Below, one piece after another: positions 10,279 to 19,868 of a stretch of 64,000 nucleotides of DNA (position 1 is the first letter of the stretch; the number at the start of each line of letters is the position of its first letter). The position numbers and the translations under genes were made by a program. This DNA is from an uncultured virus (IMG/VR IMGVR_UViG_3300002835_000135). Its lineage: Duplodnaviria; Heunggongvirae; Uroviricota; Caudoviricetes. Under the pieces are notes generated by a model. The model was given only the letters and a program-made list of their open reading frames with translations. It searched no databases and was not told the DNA's origin. Where the stretch lies: the IMG/VR virus record IMGVR_UViG_3300002835_000135. The stretch is one strand, 5' to 3'.

Positions 10279-10908
10279 TTATCCTTCCGCGGGCATTTCC
10301 GCGTAATCATCTCGAATTTTACCACATTTTAAACATTCTTCAGTACCGTCTCCGTCTAAGTCACCCCAAACGTGTTCACATTGTCTATGTGCAAAATACG
10401 CATCAATTTTACCATCACCATCAAAATCAATACCATCCATTATACCATCACCATCTTCATCAACTTCAATACCTGTTCTTGGTTGTGTAGTTGGTACTTG
10501 TTCAAACGTATCGTTTACCTTTTCTATTTTTGAGTTTTCAATAGCGTTTTGAAACGCTTCAGGTATGATTGGTGTGTTGTTTGGCGGAGTTACAGGTAAA
10601 TCTGCGGTATTGCTTAATGCAGTACCATCTTCCTCATCCATTTTTTGAACTAACATCTTATCCTTATCTGTATCACTAAACCAATAGTCGATTATTTTAC
10701 CATAACTACCGATAAATGCACCCAATAATAATAATAAAAGTTCTTTCCATTCTCCTTCGATTGCTGATTTATTTAATATAGCAAAGAACATTCCACCTAT
10801 AATAAACATAAATCCCCCCAATACCAATGCTGTGATGTACCATCTTCTGGCCATCATGTTACTTAATAAATCTTTAAAACCACTTGGTGGTTGCTTGTTT
10901 TCTACCAT
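10279..10908 (-). CDS. Two-TM membrane protein with DxDGDG calcium-binding-type motifs
   Basis: DEDGDG, DFDGDG, DLDGDG and a CxxC. Confidence 0.6.
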   Translation of the reverse strand: MVENKQPPSGFKDLLSNMMARRWYITALVLGGFMFIIGGMFFAILNKSAIEGEWKELLLLLLGAFIGSYGKIIDYWFSDTDKDKMLVQKMDEEDGTALSNTADLPVTPPNNTPIIPEAFQNAIENSKIEKVNDTFEQVPTTQPRTGIEVDEDGDGIMDGIDFDGDGKIDAYFAHRQCEHVWGDLDGDGTEECLKCGKIRDDYAEMPAEG

Positions 10909-10922
10909 TTTTTAATATGTTT

Positions 10923-11228
10923 TTACCACTTAGGTGCTTCTTCTTTAAATTCGTCACCCTCTTTTTTCTTAGGTTTAGGTGCTGGTGCTGAAGTTGCCCC
11001 TTTTTCTTTAATTATTACTGTTTTACCACCACCCGCTGCTTGTTGCTGTGTTTGTGAGTTGGTAATGTTAATTACAGGCGCCGCTTGTACGGGTGCCGGT
11101 TCTGCTTTGTCACCACCTAAAAGTGTTGATAACCATACTCCACCTGCCGTCACTAATGTAGTTGCAACCCCAACTATTGTCTTTTTTAAACCTGACCAGG
11201 TTCCATCTTGTTCTTGTTCTTCTGCCAT
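10923..11228 (-). CDS. Hypothetical single-TM protein
   Basis: 101-aa ORF. Confidence 0.6.
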   Translation of the reverse strand: MAEEQEQDGTWSGLKKTIVGVATTLVTAGGVWLSTLLGGDKAEPAPVQAAPVINITNSQTQQQAAGGGKTVIIKEKGATSAPAPKPKKKEGDEFKEEAPKW

Positions 11229-11266
11229 TGTATTTGTTTTTAGTTTTTTAGTTTATTTTGTTAACA

Positions 11267-11950
11267 TTATGCCCCAAACGCCTTAGTAAACCCTTCAGGA
11301 CAAGTTTTTTTACATATCAAATCTGCAATAACAGGTGCAAAAGCCGCCCCAATTGCAATACCAACTCCAGCCGGTGTTGCCCATAACGCCGCAGAATCTA
11401 AACTCTTTGCTAAACAATTTGAAATTATATTTTTTAATAGTGTGTGGTCAATACTATCACTAACATATGGCATTAGTAAAAATGCATCTTTTATAATTTC
11501 ACTCATTTCTCCCACTACCGCAACTTTAACCGCCATACTAGTGATGGTTGATGCCATTACCGATAAAGTTGTTGATGTTGCCACCGCTGTTGGATTTGCT
11601 GGTTCTGGCGTGAATGCGTAAACAATTCCAGCCGAGATTGCTGCCGTTACTGCTATATTGCAAGCATTTGCATCTGCCCAGTTGTACGCATCTATTACAC
11701 CCTCTTTTACTTCTTCATAAGTTTCTTTAAAAATTGGAACAACTTTATCATCCCACTCTCCACCCACGACATCTTCAATTCTGTGATTTATTTCAGGATG
11801 GTCGTGAATGTATCTTATTGCTTTATCGGTAAGTCCCCATGTTTCACATGTTGAACAAGGACCATCACCACCAAATCCATAAAATCTTACATAGTTATCT
11901 CCACAATCTGAGCGATGATATACTATTCCGTCTCCGTTTCTGTCTGCCAT
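11267..11950 (-). CDS. Hypothetical protein with hydrophobic helices
   Basis: 227-aa ORF. Confidence 0.6.
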   Translation of the reverse strand: MADRNGDGIVYHRSDCGDNYVRFYGFGGDGPCSTCETWGLTDKAIRYIHDHPEINHRIEDVVGGEWDDKVVPIFKETYEEVKEGVIDAYNWADANACNIAVTAAISAGIVYAFTPEPANPTAVATSTTLSVMASTITSMAVKVAVVGEMSEIIKDAFLLMPYVSDSIDHTLLKNIISNCLAKSLDSAALWATPAGVGIAIGAAFAPVIADLICKKTCPEGFTKAFGA

Positions 11951-11969
11951 AATATTTGTTTTTATATAA

Positions 11970-12347
11970 TTATTGTATTTTATTAAAATCGGTAATTCCT
12001 AATTGTTTTCCATTAGAATCAAATAATCCAATTCTATATGCTGATGATGGTAAAGCACTAGTGTATACCTTTAAAAGATTGTCGCCAGCAACCACGTTTA
12101 AGGTTTCTTTTGAAACAACCCTATTTCCTATATCGAATATTTTAACCGTAACCGAACCTGCTGTTTCAGTTTTAACATTCATTGCCACTTCCGAGGTAAC
12201 AAATGCCGTTTGTAACTTAATACCCACCGAACTTGTCATCTTAAGTTCTTCAGATACTGATTGTGGTGTTGGCATAATATCATCTTTATAACAACCTGTT
12301 AAAACCACACATAATAATACTATTGTGAGAATTTTTTTCATTTTCAT
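11970..12347 (-). CDS. Lipoprotein resembling a T9SS type-A C-terminal sorting domain
   Basis: Lipobox LTGC; VKIFDIGNRVV...SALPSSAYRI pattern. Confidence 0.55.
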   Translation of the reverse strand: MKMKKILTIVLLCVVLTGCYKDDIMPTPQSVSEELKMTSSVGIKLQTAFVTSEVAMNVKTETAGSVTVKIFDIGNRVVSKETLNVVAGDNLLKVYTSALPSSAYRIGLFDSNGKQLGITDFNKIQ

Positions 12348-12352
12348 TAATT

Positions 12353-12694
12353 TTAGTTTATAATTATTTTTGTCTTTTTTAATTGGTTTTTATCTACATC
12401 CTCAAGTACTAGATATAAATATCCTTTAGGTAAAGAATTGGTATAAATCTTCTTAATATTTTCACCATTTTGCCCAATAAATTTTTCTCGGCTAACTACT
12501 TGATTCGTCGTTGCATCAATTAAGGTTAACATATAGGTTCCGGATGATGGTAAATCAAAATATATTGATTGACCATTTGTTACCTTACTTTCATCCACAT
12601 TGAATATCTTTTCAACCGGCATATCTGGTGTTGGTATTTCCACTTTTGAACATCCAGCTAATAAAATCAATGATATTAATATTATCTTCTTCAT
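12353..12694 (-). CDS. Lipoprotein resembling a T9SS type-A C-terminal sorting domain (paralog)
   Basis: Lipobox LAGC; LTLID..NQVV...NSLPKGYLYL...KIIIN. Confidence 0.55.
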   Translation of the reverse strand: MKKIILISLILLAGCSKVEIPTPDMPVEKIFNVDESKVTNGQSIYFDLPSSGTYMLTLIDATTNQVVSREKFIGQNGENIKKIYTNSLPKGYLYLVLEDVDKNQLKKTKIIIN

Positions 12695-13587
12695 TAGAAT
12701 TGAAAATTTGTTCCAATCATAAACATTATTGGGTTACTCTTTTTATATCCAACCGATTCACTTAGTTTATCCCAAGTTGTGTTATATCTGATATTAGTAT
12801 TTAACACAAATCTTTTAGTTATCTTCCAGTCAATAGATGTTCCATAATACAAATCCAAATTGAAATCATTTAGATATGCTAAATCAGACGCCGTTCCGTC
12901 TTTAAATACTTTATAGATATCACTCATTGCAAATATCTGTGGTGAGATGTTTACCCTCTTTGTTTTCAATGTATATGTGTACATCACCATACCTCTATAA
13001 CTCATTTCACTAGATGCTGGCATTTGTGGATATATTAAATCTTTAAAATCACCATTTTCATCTACCGTATATTTTCCTTCCCACTTACCAGGGTAAGTCC
13101 CCCAAAAAGATTTTGATGCGGTTAAACTATAACCAAACGTACCCCACTTCTTAGTTCTAAACACATCAATAAACGATAAGGTTACATCTTTTTGAAAATC
13201 AAAATCGGTTGAGTAAAATGTTTGTATTGTAGTTGTTCTTTTTTCTGAATTTCTACTGAGGCCATATCCCACGCCATAATAATTCCATATAGGATTTATG
13301 GATGCCGCATATGTATGTCCCCATTGTCCGCTCATAGATGATTTATGATACCCCAAATTAAGAGTAGTAGACACTTGCTTTCCTATTACACCTACTGAAA
13401 GGTTTGACGACGAAAGTACATCTTTTGAAAAATTAACATACGATTGTAATATACTCACATCGTTCCAATCATCACTTTCTCCAAATAGTTCTTTTGCCGA
13501 TAGTTGTAATGTATCTGGTTTTACAATTTGTGCGTTTGTAACAAATGTTATCGAAATTAGTGACAGAATTATTATTAGTTTTTTCAT
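12694..13587 (-). CDS. Outer-membrane beta-barrel-like protein
   Basis: Signal peptide; C-terminal Phe (GTNFQF). Confidence 0.6.
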   Translation of the reverse strand: MKKLIIILSLISITFVTNAQIVKPDTLQLSAKELFGESDDWNDVSILQSYVNFSKDVLSSSNLSVGVIGKQVSTTLNLGYHKSSMSGQWGHTYAASINPIWNYYGVGYGLSRNSEKRTTTIQTFYSTDFDFQKDVTLSFIDVFRTKKWGTFGYSLTASKSFWGTYPGKWEGKYTVDENGDFKDLIYPQMPASSEMSYRGMVMYTYTLKTKRVNISPQIFAMSDIYKVFKDGTASDLAYLNDFNLDLYYGTSIDWKITKRFVLNTNIRYNTTWDKLSESVGYKKSNPIMFMIGTNFQF

Positions 13588-15881
13588 CAGTTTATTTTTA
13601 CTTTTAATTGTGTTCCATTTTTATTAACGGCATCTGTTGTTGATACCGACGTCAACCCCAGCGTACCATTTAATCCTATTACAGGTAAGAATGTTACTTT
13701 ATATTCCGTTGTTTTATCCAATGTAGTTGAGCCGTCAGTTATCAACGAACCTAATGTTATTGATGAACCCCTATTAGTTCCAAAATTAGTTGGATTACCT
13801 TTTGTGGTAAATTCTACCTTTTCAAACTTTAAAGCGGTATTATCGTAGTTTAAATTGAATTGTGTACCAACTAATTCTTGTTGTAATGGGTCTACTGATA
13901 TTGTTACAACCAACTTACCACCAACATTTTCACCCATTAGATACGCGTTAATTTGATTAGAAACTGAATTAGTTGATAAACTCATTGTTCTTATTGAGTT
14001 TGTAGTAACACTACTTTGAGTTTGTTTTGCCGAATGAGATAAGTTTATATCACCTATCCAGGTCACGTTCACATTATATGTGTTATTAAGTGTCCCAGTG
14101 TTTAAACTAAACGGAAATAAACTTCTTGTGTTATTAAATTGTGTGCCCCAATTAGTTTTAGTAATCGCGTCATAATCAGATTTACTATAAAGTTTCATCA
14201 AATAAGTTAATGCAGAATATTGTGTAAGTGGTTGGACACCTGTCAAATATTGTAATAATTTATATGTATCCGCCTCATTGAAAATCCCATTACCATCCAC
14301 GTCTGCGTTCATATATTGAATACCAGAGGTGAATTCATTCCCACTTTCATTTCCAAATAAACCACCACTCGATAATTCCTTAAAAGCTATGAATACATCC
14401 GATACGGTTACAACACTATTATATAAGGTGTTTAAATCTGTTTGATTGGTGTATGATAAATCTATTCCGTGTTGTTTGTAATTTTGGGTTTGCGCGAATG
14501 TGTATTCAACCCTAACACCATACCAGCTATCTTGTGCCCTTATTTTCGATTGGTTGGTGGAATTAGTTATGTTACTTGAAATATTACCAGGTATTAAATA
14601 AGTAATCCAACTGCCAGCAGATCCTTGTTTAAATTCCACGGGTCCGTTATAAATGTCCAATAACTGAAGTGATGTAATACTTGAATAAGAAACTCCTGTT
14701 CCATCAAATTCTCTACTATCTACCAATAAAGTATGCCCACCTAATGTTGCATTATAACTATACAATATACACCATTCTACTTCGCCACCAGTCGTTGATG
14801 CTTTATATCCACCACTAAGTATTTTAGTAGTATCTAAATCGTTTGTAATATCAACTTTACCCAATCCACTTATCGCTCTCGATGTATTAGTTGTTGTACT
14901 CCATAGATTATTTACATATCTGTTCGCTTTTGCTGAGAATTTAGTTTCATCTACATTACCACCGAAATCAAAATTGAATCTAGCAGTTAGGACTTCTCCA
15001 TTTGAGTGGGTTACTGAATTGGTATAAAACTCCGTAAATGTTGCATCATCAGGGTTAGACCAAGTTCCATATTCAATTACATACGGATTTGAAAAATGGT
15101 TTGGTAAATCATTCCATTGAGAACCACCGCCCCATTTAGTTACTGCGTAATCTTCATCACCACTATTGTTTGGTTCACCACCTGCCCAGTTATTATATTG
15201 ACCTGGAATATTTCCGTTTGTTTGTCCGTTATTTATTTTGATAAGAGTTCCTTTTTCAGGTCCAGCATCTATCGTCCATCTAGCTTCACTTGCTTCATCC
15301 GTTAATGCAAACCAAATATTACCTTGAGGGACATTCGCAAATATAAAAGCATCTTCATCTGCCGAAGTGATTGTTACTAAATAACCCGTCTGTCCTTTGA
15401 ATGTGGTTAATAAAGATGCGGCTCTTGCGTTTGTGTATGTTGCCGTTGTTGTTATTGGTCTGTAAAAGTGACCGTTTACACCATTGTAATAATATCCCGT
15501 CGGGTTTATCGTTGCGGCTACTGATAATGCAACATTACCTCTTATCGAACCTGTATTTACTTTTAGGGACGCTAATGCGGTGTTGATATTAGACATTGTG
15601 CCCGTTACCACCAAACGAGTTTTATTGCCACTTAAAGTAAATCCACTTGCAGCAGTTAAACCTGTTGTTGTGTTTAATACAAATGTAGTACCTGATGGTG
15701 GGTTTACTAAACTGATTGACGCTAATAGGGTTGATGTCGTGCTAAATCCACTTAATACGAATCCACTTGCGTCTTGTCCGGTTGTAGACGGTATAAATGA
15801 TTTAGAGTCCGGAGCAGATACACTCTGTCCGAACCCTAAAACTGAAATTAGTAAAAAATATATTACTAATAATTTCTTCAT
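13587..15881 (-). CDS. Secreted protein: C-type lectin + dockerin-like + cohesin-like domains
   Basis: NWAGGEPNN...WND (CTL); ADVDGNGIFNEADTYKLLQY (dockerin/EF); GTQFNLNYD..ALKF (cohesin). Confidence 0.7.
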   Translation of the reverse strand: MKKLLVIYFLLISVLGFGQSVSAPDSKSFIPSTTGQDASGFVLSGFSTTSTLLASISLVNPPSGTTFVLNTTTGLTAASGFTLSGNKTRLVVTGTMSNINTALASLKVNTGSIRGNVALSVAATINPTGYYYNGVNGHFYRPITTTATYTNARAASLLTTFKGQTGYLVTITSADEDAFIFANVPQGNIWFALTDEASEARWTIDAGPEKGTLIKINNGQTNGNIPGQYNNWAGGEPNNSGDEDYAVTKWGGGSQWNDLPNHFSNPYVIEYGTWSNPDDATFTEFYTNSVTHSNGEVLTARFNFDFGGNVDETKFSAKANRYVNNLWSTTTNTSRAISGLGKVDITNDLDTTKILSGGYKASTTGGEVEWCILYSYNATLGGHTLLVDSREFDGTGVSYSSITSLQLLDIYNGPVEFKQGSAGSWITYLIPGNISSNITNSTNQSKIRAQDSWYGVRVEYTFAQTQNYKQHGIDLSYTNQTDLNTLYNSVVTVSDVFIAFKELSSGGLFGNESGNEFTSGIQYMNADVDGNGIFNEADTYKLLQYLTGVQPLTQYSALTYLMKLYSKSDYDAITKTNWGTQFNNTRSLFPFSLNTGTLNNTYNVNVTWIGDINLSHSAKQTQSSVTTNSIRTMSLSTNSVSNQINAYLMGENVGGKLVVTISVDPLQQELVGTQFNLNYDNTALKFEKVEFTTKGNPTNFGTNRGSSITLGSLITDGSTTLDKTTEYKVTFLPVIGLNGTLGLTSVSTTDAVNKNGTQLKVKIN

Positions 15882-15882
15882 A

Positions 15883-17535
15883 TTATTCGACGATTAAATC
15901 AACTTTATTTCCTTTCGCGTCAACAGCATCAGATAAAACAAAGTAGAATAAACCGGCGGTATTTGTTAAAGTTGTTTTTGGTGTGAAAATTAATTTGTAC
16001 GGAGTACCAACTTTAATTCTAGCACTTTTTAATTGATCCATAGAACCAAATGTTAATCTACCATTTTCGTGTGTTGAAAAGTTAGTAACACTAGAGCCCG
16101 CATCAAATATTATGTTGTCTAATGTTAATTTAGATTCATCATAATTCATAATTACCTGTAAACCCGCCAATTCTGCTTTTGTTAATGTGGTTGTTAATAC
16201 AACTTTACCATTTTCTAATGCTGAAGATACTCCCAATTTAGCCGTTTCAACTGCTGCTGTTTGATATGCCATTTGTGTTGATATACTCATGGTTTTCAAT
16301 GCATTTACCTCACCATTTATTGAGTTAGTGTATATTCCAGAACTTATTCTACTAGCAATCACCGACGGATCTGATGAATGTGACCAGTTTAAGTCGCCAC
16401 CCCAGGCAAATACTGCGTGAACTTCTTTTATTGGAGTATCAATTAATACCCTATTCTTAACCACGCCATCTAACCAGCTCTGATTTAATAATCCACTATA
16501 CCACCTTACGGATGTTGAAGTATTGGTTGGAATCATTGCGGTTGTTGACATGTTTTGTCCCATTACATGTGCAAATAAAGCGTATGAATCTGCTTCACCA
16601 AATGCGTTTGTGTTAAGTGTAACCTTACCAACTTTCTTTTCTAATGCTGGTAATGTAAAATAATTTGCGGTTCCACTAATATCTGTTTGTGAATGCCCCA
16701 AGAATGCTTTATAAGCATCAGATACCGTTACAATGTTATTCATCCATGCTTTAGTCATTGCGGGGCTAACAAATACACCAACAGAATCACCCACTTTAAC
16801 TTGTGTGGTAAATAACACTTCACCACTAGCATCTAATGGTAATTGTGCAATAGGTTGTTGCGTCCAATCAATATCTCCGCTACCATCTGATTTTAATTTC
16901 ATCAATTGGATATTATGGTCGGTAATGGTATATCCTTGTGGAAAAAGAACTTTTACTTTAAATTGTGATGTGTTACCAACTACACCAGTTAGAGATGACC
17001 AACCACTACCATATATTGTTCCAACATTAGTACCGTCTGTGTCCGTACCTGTAGCTAAATCTAATCTAAAAATATTATTATAGCTGTTCTGATCCTTTAA
17101 TATGTATTTTTGAGTTGCAATTAAATCTGTGATTGAAGCATCTGCTCTTTGAACTGTCAACTGCCCAGCATTCCAATCAGCATTTGCCGAATAAGCCCAA
17201 GGTGTTAACCCATATTGAACGTTTAAATTGTTATCACTTGTGCCACTATTTGGTGTGAATTTATAGTTATTCCAACCAGTGTAGAATGTTTGTGATGATG
17301 TTCCTTGATTAAACACTGTTGAAACATATGTCAATGCTTTATTGTTGTGTTGATATCTAAACCAAAGATAACGAGGGTTCTTAATTACTGTTCCCTTTGT
17401 TAATGTATACTTAACAGTAATAGTATCACCAACCTTTAAACCAGATGCTGGGGTTAATGATTGACTGATTGTTAATTGACCAAAAGATGTAATAGCGACT
17501 AATAGGAAAATGCCGATAAATAATAGTTTTTTCAT
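15883..17535 (-). CDS. Secreted protein with degenerate dockerin and cohesin-like domain; partial paralog of the neighbour
   Basis: Shared VTVSD..AF, EAD.Y, W.GD.N.SHS; GLQVIMNYDESKL. Confidence 0.6.
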   Translation of the reverse strand: MKKLLFIGIFLLVAITSFGQLTISQSLTPASGLKVGDTITVKYTLTKGTVIKNPRYLWFRYQHNNKALTYVSTVFNQGTSSQTFYTGWNNYKFTPNSGTSDNNLNVQYGLTPWAYSANADWNAGQLTVQRADASITDLIATQKYILKDQNSYNNIFRLDLATGTDTDGTNVGTIYGSGWSSLTGVVGNTSQFKVKVLFPQGYTITDHNIQLMKLKSDGSGDIDWTQQPIAQLPLDASGEVLFTTQVKVGDSVGVFVSPAMTKAWMNNIVTVSDAYKAFLGHSQTDISGTANYFTLPALEKKVGKVTLNTNAFGEADSYALFAHVMGQNMSTTAMIPTNTSTSVRWYSGLLNQSWLDGVVKNRVLIDTPIKEVHAVFAWGGDLNWSHSSDPSVIASRISSGIYTNSINGEVNALKTMSISTQMAYQTAAVETAKLGVSSALENGKVVLTTTLTKAELAGLQVIMNYDESKLTLDNIIFDAGSSVTNFSTHENGRLTFGSMDQLKSARIKVGTPYKLIFTPKTTLTNTAGLFYFVLSDAVDAKGNKVDLIVE

Positions 17536-18071
17536 TTTTTAGTTGTTAATAATTTATTAATTAATGTTTCACAAGTTTTCTTAGTGGCGGAAGAAAGTGC
17601 TTGTTGATTTATTTTACCACTACCCTCATCAGTTATTAAAGTTGATGTTGATATTTCGGTGCTAGATTCCTCTGCGACCGCTTCTTTTATTTTTTTACCA
17701 TTTTTATCACTTAGTGTACCCCTCATAGTTACTAGAGTTTCCTCAACGTCCGAATGGAATACTGAAATGTTTCTTTTTGTTCTGTTTACATCAAAAAACA
17801 AAATTTCAACATTCAAAACATAATCAGCGTTTTCTAACGACTCAACAATCGCAAAATCTTTATCTTGTAAGATTTCTTGGAAAATGTTTTTACACCCAAA
17901 TGCCAAGTTTTTATTAGCCGTTAGTCGACCTATTTTAATTTTGTTCTCAACACTAGCTACATATACATTTTTTTGTTGTGGCGTTCTATTATCCGTAAAC
18001 GGGATTAATAACAAAAAAAGGCACAATAATGGTAGTAACGATACATACAAACTGCCGGAATTATATTTCAT
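17532..18071 (-). CDS. Membrane-anchored/secreted protein, CsgG/LptE-like fold possible
   Basis: N-terminal hydrophobic segment; ADYVLNVEI. Confidence 0.5.
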   Translation of the reverse strand: MKYNSGSLYVSLLPLLCLFLLLIPFTDNRTPQQKNVYVASVENKIKIGRLTANKNLAFGCKNIFQEILQDKDFAIVESLENADYVLNVEILFFDVNRTKRNISVFHSDVEETLVTMRGTLSDKNGKKIKEAVAEESSTEISTSTLITDEGSGKINQQALSSATKKTCETLINKLLTTKK

Positions 18072-18254
18072 ATCAATAAATACTCGGCAAGGCAACTTAG
18101 GTATATATATTGCCGGAAAATTGCCCGAAATATGTTATAATATAATATATGTTTAACACCCCTTATCAGACCTTATTGGGAATACTTTACACATTATTTG
18201 GTTTTTGCTTTACATTTTATAAAAATCGTTTTACCTTTAATAAAAAATAGAGAT

Positions 18255-19037
18255 ATGTCAAATTTTAAACATCTTAGTGACTTAGAAGTCCAGCAAATTA
18301 CATTTGACTGGAGACATCGCGGATTTACTGTTTTAGAGTTATTAACCGAGAATGAATGTGATGAAATAAACGAGGAATTGAATAGGTTAAGAAACGAAAG
18401 AACCGGTACCGAAGCGCCAGACGGTAAAACATGGGGCGAGTGGGACCCATTTGCTTATCCGCATAAACTTTCAGATAAATTGGCGAAACTATTTGCGCAC
18501 CCTAAAGTATTGGAAGCCGTGGAGTTTTTAATGGAAGGTGAAATCCAGGGTATGCAAAGTTGGTGTTATTTTAAACCGCCAGGACAATTAGGTAGAGACC
18601 AACATCAAAATGCGTTTTATACAAAATGTGGTCATAACGAAATTATTAACACTGCATTAGCATTAGATAATCATGACCCAGAAAATGGTGCTGTGTGGAA
18701 CTATGAGGGTTCTCATCGTTTACCAGTATTACCAATTGAGGTGGATGAGGAACGAACAAAAACAAACCCAGCGTTTTGGAGTAATGAAAGAGGTAAACCA
18801 TGTGTAATGCCTGAAGGACACGACTTCCGTAAGGTGGAAGGTTACTTAAGAAAAGGTCAAGTGGTGTTACTGCACTCGCATTGTGTTCACGGATCAGAAG
18901 CAAATAACTCAAATAGAATGAGAAGAAACTTCTTAGGTGGTTATCTTAAAAAAGGCGCTAATTTCTCAAAAGGTGGACATATGAAACGCGAACCAATTGA
19001 TATGTATGAATTAAGAAAAAACCACTGGGGTGAGTAA
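18255..19037 (+). CDS. Phytanoyl-CoA dioxygenase (PhyH)-family 2OG-Fe(II) oxygenase
   Basis: FKPPG, HQN, ALD...ENG...GSH, HGSEAN.S..RR; start moved to MSNF. Confidence 0.85.
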   Translation: MSNFKHLSDLEVQQITFDWRHRGFTVLELLTENECDEINEELNRLRNERTGTEAPDGKTWGEWDPFAYPHKLSDKLAKLFAHPKVLEAVEFLMEGEIQGMQSWCYFKPPGQLGRDQHQNAFYTKCGHNEIINTALALDNHDPENGAVWNYEGSHRLPVLPIEVDEERTKTNPAFWSNERGKPCVMPEGHDFRKVEGYLRKGQVVLLHSHCVHGSEANNSNRMRRNFLGGYLKKGANFSKGGHMKREPIDMYELRKNHWGE

Positions 19038-19074
19038 TTTTTAAACTTTTCTTTATTTTACGAATACTTATTAG

Positions 19075-19082
19075 TATCTTTG
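19075..19082 (+). promoter_or_regulatory. Bacteroidota-type -7 promoter element upstream of leader 1
   Basis: TATCTTTG matches TAnnTTTG. Confidence 0.6.
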
Positions 19083-19111
19083 CAAAAAGATTTAAACATT
19101 AAACAAATTCA

Positions 19112-19210
19112 ATGAGACAACAAAAACATACAATGTCGTTTATTATCTGCTCAAAATGGGCGGATGAGCGCGCTATGTCCATATGTCTCGATGATACTGA
19201 TGTCGGTTAA
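19112..19210 (+). CDS. Leader peptide 1 (32 aa), putative attenuator of tRNA array 1
   Basis: MRQQKHTMSFIICSKWADERAMSICLDDTDVG; codons match array-1 tRNAs; followed by a terminator. Confidence 0.8.
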   Translation: MRQQKHTMSFIICSKWADERAMSICLDDTDVG

Positions 19211-19235
19211 ATAAAAGTTTAACTTAAAATATTAG

Positions 19236-19266
19236 AAAACCTCGGGACAAAATCTCGGGGTTTTTT
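19236..19266 (+). terminator. Intrinsic terminator between leader 1 and tRNA array 1
   Basis: AAAACCTCGGGA-caaaa-TCTCGGGGTTTT + T run. Confidence 0.85.
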
Positions 19267-19349
19267 GTTTTATATGAGTTTTGGCTGGTTATAATTTTTT
19301 ATACTCAGCCAAAAGTGCCAAAAAATTAACGATTTGGCACAATATAAAT

Positions 19350-19419
19350 GGGCCGGATGTCAATGGCAGACCACCTGATTTGCAATCAGAGTGAAAGGGT
19401 TCGATTCCCTACGTGTCCA
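19350..19419 (+). tRNA. tRNA-Ala(UGC), acceptor stem imperfect
   Basis: Loop TT-TGC-AA, G3:U70, A73, GTTCGA; two acceptor mismatches. Confidence 0.65.
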
Positions 19420-19426
19420 CAGAAAT

Positions 19427-19500
19427 TGAAATATAGCTCAGTTGGTTAGAGCGTCATCCTGATACGGTGAATGTCGATGGTTCGAGTCCATCTATTTCAA
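19427..19500 (+). tRNA. tRNA-Ile(GAU)
   Basis: Cloverleaf, CT-GAT-AC. Confidence 0.9.
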
Positions 19501-19505
19501 CATTT

Positions 19506-19578
19506 GGAACTTTTGTATAGCTGGTGCGTACGTCGGACTGAAAATCCGAAGGAACAAGTTCGATTCTTGTAGGTTCCA
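19506..19578 (+). tRNA. tRNA-Phe(GAA)
   Basis: Cloverleaf, CT-GAA-AA. Confidence 0.9.
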
Positions 19579-19584
19579 CATAAT

Positions 19585-19658
19585 GACCTCGTAGCTCAGT
19601 TGGTTAGAGCACATCACTTTTAATGATGGGGCCGACAGTTCGAATCTGTCCGGGGTCA
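19585..19658 (+). tRNA. tRNA-Lys(UUU)
   Basis: Cloverleaf, CT-TTT-AA. Confidence 0.92.
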
Positions 19659-19663
19659 CACAC

Positions 19664-19734
19664 GCGGGTATGGTGCAACGGCAGCATACGGGTCTCCAAA
19701 ACCCTCGATGGGAGTTCGAATCTCTCTACCCGTG
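19664..19734 (+). tRNA. tRNA-Trp(CCA)
   Basis: Cloverleaf, CT-CCA-AA, G73. Confidence 0.9.
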
Positions 19735-19741
19735 CAAATAA

Positions 19742-19813
19742 GGTCTCTTGGTGTAACGGATAGCACGAAACACTACGGATGTTTTGGTAAAGGTTCGAAT
19801 CCTTTAGAGACCT
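19742..19813 (+). tRNA. tRNA-Arg(ACG)
   Basis: Cloverleaf, CT-ACG-GA. Confidence 0.9.
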
Positions 19814-19868
19814 CGATGTTCACAAAAGTTGCTTGTTCACGGTTCGTGAACAGAGAACAAAAGTGAAC

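Noticed and set aside
19350..19419. Reading the first tRNA as Cys(GCA)
   Set aside because: A 7-nt loop centres TGC, and G3:U70 with A73 indicates Ala; the real tRNA-Cys is at 19964.
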